Assembly (NCBI RefSeq): GCF_041956535.1
Contig: NW_027192205.1
Location: 1-64,000 of the forward strand
DNA: 64,000 nucleotides
Reading direction: 5' to 3'
Source of the DNA: Calcarisporiella thermophila CBS 279.70
Lineage: Eukaryota > Fungi > Calcarisporiellomycota
Part shown: positions 11,295-24,021 of the stretch, in pieces
Numbering within the stretch: the first letter of the stretch is position 1
Layout of the letters: every line of letters begins with the position of its first letter
Position numbers and translations under genes: made by a program
The notes under the pieces: generated by a model
Databases searched by the model: none
Told to the model about the DNA's origin: nothing
Seen by the model: the letters and a program-made list of their open reading frames with translations, nothing else

Positions 11295-13459
11295 TCAAGT
11301 ACGCTTCTCAAATTGTATCAAGACATCTTCGAGACGCAAAACGCCGAATAAACCATTCACCTGCAGGCCTTTTGCATGGGATGAATTCTCAGGCAATTTC
11401 CAAGTGTAATTTCGTACTGTGGTTTTCAGCGTATAAGATATTACAATAAAAAAATAACAACTCAGATTGACAATAATAGGTACTCACATAGCATAGAAAG
11501 TACTACTCGCTGCTCTGTAAGCGAAAATTGCATGCCTAACTGTACTTCCGATTATAAACTATCAAAATCTACTTATACGCTGAGAATGAGTAGACTTACG
11601 CAAATGCGCGAGCCACCTCCAAAAGCTAGCCAGGCATCTTTAGGTGGGTTATTCTCAGGGTAGAATCTCTCTGGCCAAAACTTTTCCGGATCCTTCCAAT
11701 ATTTTGAGGAATGTTGCAAAGAATATATGTCCGCAAACAGATATGTGCCCTTAGGAATAGTAACTCCATCAAGTTCGACCGGTTCTTCTACAACTCTAGG
11801 TCCAATATTAGGGGCTGGAGGATGCATACGGAGCGACTTTGGTATAGGATTTTGCATAAATTTCTTTTAAAATATGATGAATAAAGTCGCACGTACCTCT
11901 TTGATAATGAAATCAATATATTTCATTTTTCGGCAATTATCGACACTAGGTATCTGCATAGGATCTGAATCAGAAAAAATGTGATCAACCTCTTGTCGAG
12001 CAAGTTTTTGGATTTCAGGGAAGAGAGCTAGGTAATAAATTGCAACTGAAAGTGAACTGATGAAAATTGTTAATATGCTGTCAAAGTTAGATATATTTTA
12101 AAATGATTATATTTACGCCTGGGTTGTGTCATGACCAGCGAGGAAAAACACCATCAGATTATTCTGTCATGGGCAATGTTGACATTTAGAATTATATTTC
12201 ATAGCAACCATAATGAAATAGATAATTACCTTTATATCTGCTGTGGTCCATCTATTCTTATCATCGTGTGATTCCGCCTCTATCATCATCGTAAGCATGT
12301 CTTTATGCTGAATGTTCTCATTCTTATAGAGTCCATCCTGAATTTCCTTCTTTCTTTTCTCAATGATATCAAATACAACCTAAATTTGAAGCAAAATAGT
12401 AAGTACTAAATCAGAGCATGACGATTTAAACGCTGATCCGATTACTCTGTTCAAACCGGCAAGGGATTGAACGGCATGCTTTTCGAAAAGACTTATTATT
12501 GAATCTGCGCTTGGAAAAAGTATACGAACTGGGTTTGCTAATCCGCCAAATGTGCCTTCATAATATTTACAATATTCGTTTTCTGGGTTTCTGAGAGCAT
12601 TGAAGTTGAACCTAAATAGTGTCTTTCCGAGGGCATCTAAAGTAAGCCTGCGCATGAGTATAGGTATGTCGACAGTTTCTGCATGTAGAATGGCTTGATC
12701 TATATATTTAAAAAGCTCATGTGTGCATTCTCCAAAAGGTTCCGTGGGAATGGTGTGCCGGAACGCAAGATTAAGAACCTGTAATTAAGATGAAGCATGT
12801 TCAGGTAATTTGGGGGTAATTTCAATGAAAGCGATAATAAACGAATTGCCTTTCTGTGGCGTCTCCATTCCTAAATATATATCAAAATATCAATATCCAT
12901 TAATTTGATATATAATAGAGATTTATTGATAATTACCTCCCCGTTGCTCACTGCCACATTCTCTTCACCAAAGAAATCGAAGATGAATTTCCCCTGACTC
13001 AAAGCGTTCACTTTGGGAATAGAATCTAACAGAGAATGATTGAAGTATTGCTATGGACGAATTGTTTCATGATGAAGGTATACCTGTGCGAGACATGAAT
13101 ATCTTGACATACGATGGATCACTCAAGAAAATCCCCCACCTACCAGCGAACCATATCTATCGAAAAGGAGCTTTCAGCTGAGGGTTTGCTGTTATTTAAA
13201 CCTCCAATGATTCCAAACTTACGCATGCCATGCCCCTCTTTTCAAGAACGGGCATTATCAATTTCTTGTTAAAATTTTCAAAGGATTCCGCTCGTACTAG
13301 CGCATTCAGAAAGGGTAACAGAGGGACTTTTGGTATGCCCCTTAAAGAGCGAGGTGGGATTATAATGCCAGATATTGCTCGAATTGCGGCAATACCCAGA
13401 ATTATGGCGACGCTAATTGCGCTTTTCCGCACTAGTTCGGGGGTAATATTCGATATCAT
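11295..13459 (-). CDS. Cytochrome P450 (microsomal), multi-exon
   Basis: N-terminal TM anchor and Pro-rich hinge, WRRHRK C-helix, FLAGHDTT I-helix, KESLR (ExxR, split by an intron), FWPERF and heme motif FGGGSRICLG. Confidence 0.93.
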
Positions 13460-16400
13460 GTTTTAAGTCCTTTTTAATTGCAGAAGACTGTCTTTTAATA
13501 TACTTCCTTATTTTCGGAAGAAATTCCGCTCTGTACAAATCTCATCTGCCAACCAATGCTTAAAGGTCAATGATACTTCCGAATTGACTCATTAGTAAAC
13601 GCAAGCCACTCGGGTTGATATGAGTCAAGCTGATCATTCTAATTAAGAATCTCAAGGTTTAAATTTATATCGTGCTTTTACGACATTAGAAAACTATGCA
13701 TTCACAAATTCCATGTAGAATACGCATTGTAAGGATTTGCAGAAATATATGTATAGTTAAACAGGCAACATATTTTATTTTTTTATGTATGCAATTACTT
13801 TTCGCAATGGTCCTATATATCTCCCACTTTAAGCATAGATAGTAAGTTTACTTTTACTAGCATATTAAATCAAGTGTAAAGGGTGGATTATGAAGTTCAG
13901 AGAACAAAAAATTATTATACAGCGTGAACTATTTAACATTCCCCGAAATCGTTTCAATATTACTGATATGCAACGGGAATTAACGGAAATCAGATTGATC
14001 GTTATGATTTAAATGGTATTTTCACCAATAAATGTTACATTGCCTGGGAATCCCGTGCTCGTTCAAACATTTCAACAAGAGATAATACTAAACATCGGAT
14101 AAATAACACTCTTTAACAAAATATCACCATAGTTAGGTGGCTCAGTATTTATATTTTAGTACCATGTGTTTCATGCATGACAGCTAAGATGATTACACCC
14201 AATGGTCTTCATGCAATGCCCATCACTCTTCACTGGTTTATGGTATTTAACTTTGTGTCTTGAGGGTGATACTAATTCTATACCAATCACATCAAGATTA
14301 AATCCAGTTCACTTCTTTATCCTTACTCAAGTTTCGTATTTAATTATTAAGACTGTCATTGAGAGAACGAATTGTGAAGCTAGAGCCAATAATGTACTAA
14401 ACTCTTGTGTTAAATTTTCTTAATACCTCTTCACTCCATTAAGTTATTTTTTAACGCAAATATGTCAAGCCAATTCACAACGTCTTTGCTAGACCAAATT
14501 TTAGAGTAAAACTGAATTGACAGTGCGAAAGAGAGGAGGGACCATTCACTCTCTCCAACATTCATCCTCGTTGGAATTGAGGTTATGGAAAATTCCCATA
14601 GATTCGTTCACTGCAATGGTCTTAACAAAATCACGGAATAGTGAAAAATAGCTAGCTACGGACTTTAGCAACCTACCGAGTCTCGACAATAAGTGATCAG
14701 ATGATCTTTTTCGATCCTCAGAGATGCAAACACGAATTGGTAACATGTAAGTGTGGATCTTGCTTTCAGAGTTTTCTCAGGACTAGCGGAGCAATTGACA
14801 TTATTGGATTATTCGTGTGCACTCCACAACAGCGGCCCAATTTTAAACACCATCGCAAATTAAAGAGTATATTCGGAACATGAATAAGTTCCCATCAGAA
14901 CGAATACGAACACAAATTCCAGAAATATTTACATTTATTATTACCATCCGAAATCTTGATAACATCACATAGCAGGATATCTCACCAATTGCATCAATTA
15001 ACCTATTTGTGTACTCCTGCATTATTCTATCCGCAGAAGTAGTCGAATTATTTACTCTACCATTTTTTTCTCTATTTTTTTCTGAAAGTAATAAGGCCAA
15101 GTTCAAAATGTATAGAGTCAAGCTTTTAGGAATATACATTATAGTGCATGACATAAAAATGTTAAATTGAGTGATCATGACTGTGAATCTAAATAAGCAT
15201 TCAAAGCTTATTGCATATAAATAATAGTCCATTCTTACATAACTTAGGGACAGTAATGCGCATTAGTTCTCTTGCGAGTGCAAGAGGATATGAGTTGATA
15301 GTAAAAGCCAACATATCGTGTGGAGAAAACCAAAATCCAAAATAGTGATTAGATCTGTGCAACTGGAATTTATTGATCAATGAGACACCCTGAGCAAACA
15401 ATCATTCGATTAATTGCCAAAAAAAATCATGGTTTGACAAAGCTCCAATTCAAAACTGCTCTGTGCTCTTCCTCAATGCGGTCCTTGAAGGTAAAGCTTG
15501 TAGCAAGAATTCGTATTCCCATTATACCGTTAATATTATTGGCTACAAAAATTCGTCAAGCAAAATCAAGTGGGTTTTGAAAACAGCTCTTTAATCAAGT
15601 AGTGTCAACACACTAGTTGGAATAATCTATCCGTTATAAAATTGATCTTTCCAAGATAATTGCTTGAAAGAGTATAAAACGAGAGGATGCGATTAATTCA
15701 TAATCCACTGATATTATTTCTCATGAATTGTAATAGAATTTGCTCTTTTCTTCACGATGAAAGACGAATTTTGGAAGGCTTTAGTGTGCGCCATTTTTTA
15801 TCCATTGTATCATATGACAACGCTTAATTTATATATTTTCGTCAAAATTTCGAAATACTAGCTTACAAAAGGAAGGCTACCGGTTATAGTAGTCTCGGGA
15901 GATATCTCGGCTCAATGCGTTATATGGTACTTAAATTAGACGATAAGGCTAGGTTAAAATAGCTCTAGGGTTTAAAGCAATACAACTTCCCAGTGCATTC
16001 TCAGTTACTCTATAATATTTTCATATGCTAACTAGATTAATTCCAAAATGTTTGGGCAGTTCAACTAGAAACAGTAGCTCCGTGTGCTGAAATAACACAT
16101 TAATGACAGAATTTTGGCTCCTTAACGCAAAGGCATTCCAGCCTGCGCGACCGCTATAAATTCTTCACCCTTTGTCTTTTGAAACTGATCGGAAAAATAG
16201 AAAACGCTGGTCATAGGGTTTCGGTTGAACATTTTCCCCAAAAGAGTTCTTGGGCAGTAATTCCATTTGACAGTAGCACTAATATTGTCTATTTTTTAAG
16301 TGTTTATGCTATCTCTTCTCTCAGTTCCATGTGAGAAAATGAGAATGGTGGAGACTTTCGGGAGCACAAGCAGTTAAATTTACTTAGCTTTGCGGGGAGG

Positions 16401-16861
16401 AATTGCGTGTAACGTGAATTCCAATAACCATTCGGCATGTTTCCCCCACAAAATAATATTCCCTTTTAATCAATCCAAACTAACAATTAGCATTAGCTAA
16501 AGCCCGGCCAGGGCATATTGGCGTATAGCGAGAGAGTCACGCATAGCTACAATCACCGCATCTGCGCCCGACTACTTTGGGTAGTACACAGTCTATAACC
16601 TTTTCTAAAGATCGAATCTTTGTATGAGATAATACATGAACTTAAAACTGGCGTGGATAGCGCTGCTTGCCAGCTCTTTGTTGAGGCATCTATTTCTTCA
16701 TGTGTGCGCAAAGTTTATACACCTGCAATATATATAATTTCACTGTTATTCAGCGGATCATTTCTATCAATACTCTTTTTTTAGGAATCCCTCCTCCCTC
16801 TTTTTTTTGTACATCCCCATCTACCTTTCCTTCTCTATACTCCAGTTATTCCCAACCTCCA

Positions 16862-18450
16862 ATGATTCAGAATTTCTTTCGTTTTGCGTTTGTTGCCCTG
16901 CTTTTTGTGTGGGGCTCGTTCCAAGTGAATGCTGCCCAAATCCAACGGAGACCTGGCGATCGTAAACCTAGCAGCAAACCCACTTCTTCTCAAGTGTCTG
17001 ACCTCGTCCAGGCCGCCAAAGAAGATGCAAAGGCATTTAGGAGCATGGAGCCATTTAGCAACGAACACATGGAGAAACTCAAAGCTTTCTACGATAAGTA
17101 CGCTAGTTTGCATAATGAAAGCGTTAGCAACAACGATGCACTCAGTAGTTCGCGCCATTGTCCTGTACCAATTCCGCCAGTGACATGCAACCCCAAGCCA
17201 GGGGAGCTTGATGATGGCATATCGGATAAAGACCGTGATGTTCGCAGACTTCGGCCCCAAGATATTGGAGCCGTACTATCCTTCGGCGATAGTATAACCG
17301 CTGGCTTTGCCATGAGTAGCGGTAGGACGGATATTTACATTTTACTATAAGTCTTGCATCTTACTAATTGGGTGATATTTTAGGGCATATCCCGTTTGTC
17401 CAAATCTTAGAAGAGAGAGGAAAGGTGTTCAGCATTGGGGGAGATTCCGGTCAACTCACCCTTCCTAATATCCTTCGACTCTACAATCCCAAATTAACAG
17501 GCATGTCTACCGGTGAGAATATTTTCTACTGAATAAATGCCACTCTTTTGTCAATGACCCTTTTATTTACTCTATCTGTCATCATAAAAGATGTCACTCT
17601 CCCGCTTGCTACAGGAAATGAGCTTAACTCTGCCATCTCAGGGGCGACCTCTAAAATCCTGAACAAGGAAATTGATCGTGCCGTGTCACTCCTTAATGGG
17701 AAATATCGTGCTATCAAGAACCAATGGAAGATGATTACTCTCCTTATTGGACCTAATGACGTATGCGGGATCATTAGCAATACTAACCCTATTGAATACG
17801 GCAAAAATGTTCGCGCAGCGGTTGAACGTATCCGCACCGACATAGGAAAAGCCTTTGTCAACCTTGTGGGCGTACTTGATGTAAGTAGCATTTTACCCAG
17901 ATTGGTACAATGAAAGTGTCTCCTCATGAATCGTTACTTTTCAATATCCTCTCTTGCATTGCACCAATTAGGTGACTCAAGTTCATTCTGCGGCCCAGTC
18001 AGACCTATACTGTGCTATCTATATGAACACTTTCCCCATTGAATGCCCTAATGCGGTTCCCAGTAAAGCTCCCGGTATGTCCACTGCTTTTCTAGTCACA
18101 GGTATTCGTCTTTTAAATAGCAACTCCGCTCTCGATTATGTTCAATAGCTACCAGACAACGCATTGCCGAATACAATGCACAACTTGCCCAGATTGCAGA
18201 CGATTACCAAGCCAAGAATTATTCCGACTTTTACGTTAGCGTCCAACCAGCATTTGAAAAGGCTGTTTTTGACAAATATGGGCAGGGTTTCCTAAGTGGT
18301 TTAGACTGCTTCCATCCCAACGTATGTGCAAACAAGGCGTTCGCCGTTGGTCTCTGGAAAAATCTCTTTGAGCCTAAGGGTAAAAAGAGCACCTTGTACC
18401 CTGAGAACGCCACTATCTATTGTCCCAAAAAGGGCGAATATTTCCAGTAA
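16862..18450 (+). CDS. Secreted SGNH/GDSL hydrolase, phospholipase B1-like
   Basis: Signal peptide MIQNFFRFAFVALLFVWGSFQVNAA. Contains LRPQDIGAVLSFGDSITAGF (block I), SIGGD, LNSAISGA, LIGPNDVC and LDCFHP (DxxH). Four GT-AG introns. Confidence 0.88.
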
Positions 18451-18869
18451 TTTTAACTCTCATTTATTTAGTAATAAGCATTGAACTGCGTTCGATGCTG
18501 TTTAATAGGAATTGGGTTGTATCAACTAGAAGTTGTCTTCAATAGCACCAAAATTTACGTCATTTGACATAATCATAATAAACTAGGATCCAGAGTTCAA
18601 TATGCATTCGGATAATATGATTGAATTTATAGCAAAGAAATATATTTAAGTTTTACAAACATAGTAGCCTATCTAGCTATCCACTCTGTTGTTTCAAATT
18701 TACTAGAAATATAAAATTTTAAATCGAGTACAAAAATTATTTATCGAATATCTAGTCATCATGAATAATCAATTATATCATAATATCAACATGAACATTA
18801 TAACCAGTGAAAAAGTAGAAATATTGTGTCAAAATATTTCTCACCTGTGGCTACCTAATGTATTGTTTA

Positions 18870-19460
18870 TTAATCGATATTTAAGTGATCGAACACTTTT
18901 TTCGCTAAACACTTTCTCATCACGTCAATAATTTGAGATGGATGAGAAAATAATTCTCTTCCGACAATTTTGGCTGTCATAAACCAATCACTCAACGGGA
19001 TATCACAGAATGAACCAGGCTCTCCAATATAGCATTTCGCGTGGCTTTTAAAACTAAACTCTTTAAGTTCGTTGCAGCTTTCAAATTCATTCTCCCCCGA
19101 TACGTATGGTAAAATCGCCTCCTGAAGGCATATCAAATTCCTCCTAAACCTATTATTCGAGAAAGTATCAATAAATTGTTTTGAAACACTTAGTATAAAT
19201 CGATTCAATAATTATACCATTTTTGTCCTCTTGGACTGTACTTTTCATAATTACTGAGGAATTTTTCGCAAAATTTGTATCCAAAAGCTAAAGGGTATCC
19301 TTCCTCCCCACACTGATATTGCTCTTCGAGACAATCTTTATAAAACGCACAGGATTGAGGTACAAGTTCACATGCTTGTGTAAGATTAGAGACTGCGCGA
19401 ATAGTATTAAATAGAAATGAGAGTCCGAAAGCAATAGGAATATAAAAACGCGTTTTAAAC
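18870..19460 (-). CDS. Stanniocalcin-like Cys-rich protein (5' end unresolved)
   Basis: Two exons join in frame: CAFYKDCLEEQYQCGEEGYPLAFGYKFCEKF...GQKW|FRRNLICLQEAI...SCNELKEFSFKSHAKCY...SFCDIP. The Cys spacing resembles fungal stanniocalcin-like proteins. No in-frame ATG found. Confidence 0.7.
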
Positions 19461-19960
19461 TGGTTATATTTAATAATTAATCATCCAAAAGTTTAAATAT
19501 TGCATATTAATGAACAGGGAATTCCCACCTCTTATTTATACTTATTTTCTTTCCAATTGCCAAGGGTTCCTTGTAGGCCAGTCAAAATAAAAAAAACCAT
19601 GATAGTTGGCCATATGATATATTTTTTCGTAAATTTGGTTCCCTCTTCAAATGTTCGTTGTGCCCTGGAATTCAATTTTAATAAAGCAACGAAGCACTCC
19701 ATATTTAGTATTATTTTTATTGATATTATATTAATATAAGCCACCTTTTATTTGCGTCACCTAATTTTTTTATACGAGCTACTTCGTAACTATTGCCAAT
19801 GGATGGTTTAATATTTGCCGGAACACAAATATATACACTTTGGGGTATTATTTAGGTAGCTTTTGGGGGATTTTGTGTTTTTAATGTTGAATATTCCGAG
19901 ACACTTTTTTGTACCGTTTAATCAGGGGTCACCTTCAACCCTTGTAGAGAAGTAAAAACC

Positions 19961-19988
19961 GTATTAACCAGAGGGGTATTAACCAGAG
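19961..19988 (+). repeat. 13-bp direct repeat GTATTAACCAGAG x2 upstream of the Tc1 ORF
   Basis: Copies at 19961-19973 and 19976-19988, 43 bp before the ATG at 20032. Confidence 0.8.
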
Positions 19989-20031
19989 TGATCCCATTGC
20001 TTCTACTTATCTTTCCAAATTAGCTAATATC

Positions 20032-20860
20032 ATGGCGCGCATCACTCCTGTTAAACGTGCTCGTATATGTATTCTCCTTGAAGAAGGATATTCCATACGT
20101 CAGGTAGCCTCCCGGGAGGGTATTAGCAAAAGTACTGTGGCAAGAATACGCCAACATGGGGAAAACGCTACTAATATCCCCTCCGGAAAAAATTTGGGAC
20201 GCCCACGTAAGCTATCCAAATACGATGAAAGAAAATTGTGTCGAAGCGTTTCAACGGGGGAATGTAAGAGCGCGGTCAAAGCACAAGAACATTGGAGAGA
20301 GCAGACCGGCGAGGATCTTTCGGTGAGCACCATTCGTCGAGTTCTCCGGCGTAATGGAATAGCTACTCGAGGAAATAAAGGGAAATCTCGCTCTACAAAA
20401 AGGTGACGCCCAAGAAAATCAAAGCGCCACCAAAATACCAAGATTGAAGATTAGCTTTGCGTTCTATGCTCAGACGAAAATCAGATCCCGACAGTTGATA
20501 CTGAGAAGAGAGTGTCGTAATGAGGGAGGCATATTACATCATATAGAGGGCGCAATTATCATATTTTGATCAAACGCGTAACGAGGGAATGTTGCATTAA
20601 AGCGTCTTACGACTCCTGGTAGAATTGGAATCTTGTAACCCGGTTAACGGACCCTTTGCAATCTAGCCCTAATAATTGAAAGCAAGCTAAAAGGCTACTA
20701 TTAAGTGATACGATATCTGCATGACAGAGCTGATTATATAGTGTTATTAAATCCCAGTATACAAATCAAACCTGAATGTTTAAAAGTTCAAATACAACTA
20801 GATTGAAATATATGATTAATTCTCTCAATCGTCCGATTTCTAGTCCACTATCGTTATTGA
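20032..20860 (+). mobile_element. Degenerate Tc1/mariner transposase: intact paired-HTH ORF (20032-20406), decayed DDE domain
   Basis: GYSIRQVASREGISKSTVARI (HTH1), GRPRKLS linker and SVSTIRRVLRRNG (HTH2). Past the stop, VLCSDEN (first catalytic D motif) and a frameshifted QSSDF/SP remnant (SPDLNPIE-like) near 20825 are recognisable. No convincing TIRs. Confidence 0.82.
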
Positions 20861-21463
20861 GGAGAGGAAATATCTAAATTATTCTCAACCGGAAATGAGG
20901 TTCCAACTGGAGAAATCTTTTTTCAATACGTCACCATCGAGAGAGTGAACTTGTGTCATTAAGCTTAGCGAGTCAGTGAGCCGATTTATTTAATGTCAAA
21001 GCTGAAGGGTAATGAATCAGAGTGCCCACCCGCCTCATTGTAAAGCCAACGCTAATTCACCTGGATTCTCATAGCTGGTGAGCTATTGTTCTTAGGCATT
21101 TGATCAATGTGTAGTTTTCTCTTTGTTTCTGATGAAAGTAATTTGTAGTTTGATTGAGACCAAAGGCAGCTCTCTTCAACATGCTTTGTTAGGAGGGAGT
21201 CTACCTATATCTTAAATAACCATGTTTACCAGCATGCTTATTACAATATACATTATGCTGTATGGTTGAGCGAAGTAAATAGCTATAATTAGTGAGGATT
21301 CAATTGCATTTCAAGTGAATATCTCAAAATCATCACTTAATGTATTTATATATTGTAGCATGCTACTGGTATGAAAATGAATTAACTATCCATCGCAATA
21401 CATCGCAACCGTGCTAATCGCATAATCAACTACTGCCGGCAGATGAAAATCCCCACTTCTCTA

Positions 21464-23153
21464 CTATACCATAACTTTAAACCTCTCATATGCTTGCCTC
21501 TCCAGCTCTTCTCTATGGTTTGGATGCGCAATATTGATCAGAGCCCGTGCTCTCTCCAAGAAATTTTTTCCAAACAAATCTGCGCAACCCCATTCAGTCA
21601 CAACATAATGAACGTGGGATCGTGTAGTGGTTACTCCTGCTCCTCGGTGTAGGGTAGGCACAATACAAGAGGCACCATTTTTCAAAGTGGAAGGTAGACA
21701 GATAATTGGAATGCCATTTTCTGAAATAGCGGCACCGCGTTCGAAATCCACTTGGCCTCCGACACCGGATATATGGCGGGTACCGACGGAATCCGCACAC
21801 ACTTTAGAAGGTAGATCAATATGGTTAAACTCAAAGAGCATTAGGTTAGAAACAAGGTAGTATATATACCTTGTCCAGTTATATCCACTTCAATAGCACT
21901 GTTAATAGCAGTGGTCCGTTTATTGCTTCCTATGATGACCGGATCGTTGGTAATGGAAGATTCCATGAAATATATTTCTGAAATAGAAACAGAAGTCCAT
22001 CAATATCCTACATTCCCACGCGCATCCTACTCATTACCTGGGTTATCATCTACGTAGTCATACACACGTTTGGTTCCCATCACGAAGCTAGTAACTGTTT
22101 TTCCAGGCATGAACGTCTTCTTAGAATTAGTGACCACATTGCTCTCAATCAAATCAATCAGTGCGTCCTGGAACATTTCCGTGTGCACGCCCAAATTCTT
22201 GTGATTTTTCAGAGAGGCCAGTACTGAGTTGGGGATGGCACCAATGCCCATTTGCAGACAAGCTCCATCCTGTACTAAGGAAGCCACATTATGGCCAATG
22301 CGTAGCTCGATTTCACTAGATGGCCTGATAGTCGCGCAAGATAGCTCCTCGTTCACATTTGGAATCAGAAAATCGATCGAGTTTATGTGGAGATGGGAAT
22401 ATCCATGCGTACGAGGTTGATTAGGGTTCACCTATGTAGCAGAAAGGTGCTAGGGTAAGAACATAGGAGAACTCACCTCCCGCTCATAATGCTATAGTAT
22501 TATTACCTGCGCAATGATTTTTTTCGCAGTCTGGGAAGCGGATAGAGCGGCTGCAACCTCGACACCTAGCGAACAGTATCCGTGTTTATCTGGTGGTGAT
22601 ACATTTAGAACAGCCCAGTCGAGGGGGAGAATATCCCTTCGAAATAAACTAGGGACTTCTGAGAGGAAGCATGGTATATAAGAAGACCTGAAAAAGAAAA
22701 CCAATGTTAGATTACATATCACTCAATGGAGTAAAGTAGCTGGCTGTAGAATATAACCTCCCAGAAGCGACGGCCTCCCGCTGATTGTGACCGACGAATA
22801 AATTATTTACAAAGAAGGAATCCCTCATTTTTGATTCGGAGCAAGGGTTCTCCCTCTCGATATGAATATGACACAGCTTGTTAAAAATATACACATGGAC
22901 TACTTGTAAAATGGTTTATAATCGATTGTAAAATAAAATTTCGTACTTCCACATTACGCAATTCTTGCCATCGGTTACTTAATTCCCTTGCCACCGTTGA
23001 TGGAAAAGCGGCAACTCCATGAAAGAAGACGCGTTCATTTGACTGAATAAGACCTGCAGCCTCCTCGGCAGTAACAATTTTGGGTGCCTCCTTTCTTAGA
23101 CGGATATTCCTGGTTTGAAATTTTGTTGATAACTGAGGAATTACACGTCGCAT
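21464..23153 (-). CDS. Acetyl-CoA hydrolase/CoA-transferase (4-hydroxybutyrate CoA-transferase-like), probably mitochondrial
   Basis: VSPPDKHGYCSLG, LQMGIGAIP, GVHTEMF, INSAIEVDITGQVCADS, SGVGGQVDF and RARALINIAHP. Five GT-AG introns. Basic N-terminus without acidic residues. Confidence 0.92.
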
Positions 23154-24021
23154 GGTTCAAATTTGATTTAAGGCACGAGAATATTTGAAGAAAATAAGAA
23201 TCAGATTCTTCGAACGCTGAATCATACAATCATTGGGATAATGGGAATTCAACTCGAGGGAAGCTTAAATACAATGACGTCTTGAATAGATATCGCGTGT
23301 GCTTGCAAAAGCGACCTAAAATGTACTAAATATCAAACAATCCTTAAATATTGCTCCCAATTTCTACTGCGCAAATGTGGGGATGACTACTCGAATTTGG
23401 ACTAATGGCGCCAGAAAATAAGCAGCAAAATAGTTTATTCTCTAAAGCCTAATTTGGTTGCTGTGTTATCCTATGCCCACGGTAGTATGATTCTCAAGTA
23501 ATTAACAGAGAATTTAACATCGAATCCAAAGTGAAGTGACCTCCCATAATAACTGACTAGTTTAATAATTGTCATCAAGTTCAACTACCCAAAGTGTTTA
23601 TCATGTTCTGTTAGTCTACTTTATTCAATTAAATGCTTTGTGCTCATTCTCAGACACAACGGCATTGATGTTGATATTTAACTTTGTTGATTTAAGCGTC
23701 TCTTGGTATCCGACTTGTGTTATGAGGCGATTTGAAGGGTCGAGGTTTAAGAATGTGCCTAAAATATTTGTCAAAAATGTGACGATCAATGAAATTTCAT
23801 CGATCGCCCCCCGTTTGGGTTGCATGTAATATAATTAATCTTAGCGCTGGCAGGATTGGAACGTAAAATAAAATGAACGTTTTCGCCAGGAACACTCATT
23901 CTTCCTTCCCTATATCCATCAACTTTTATACCCTTCTACTTTGTTTCGCTTTACCTCAAACTCCAAGCACACCTTCCCTTATTCCATTCTTTGATTTCAT
24001 CTTTATACCCTTTGCCGAAAA

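Noticed and set aside
20404-20406. In-frame TGA as selenocysteine or readthrough
   Set aside because: Lies in a decayed transposase and is followed by further stops and frameshifts.
19830-21300. Terminal inverted repeats for the Tc1 relic
   Set aside because: Only short, imperfect matches, not distinguishable from chance in AT-rich DNA.
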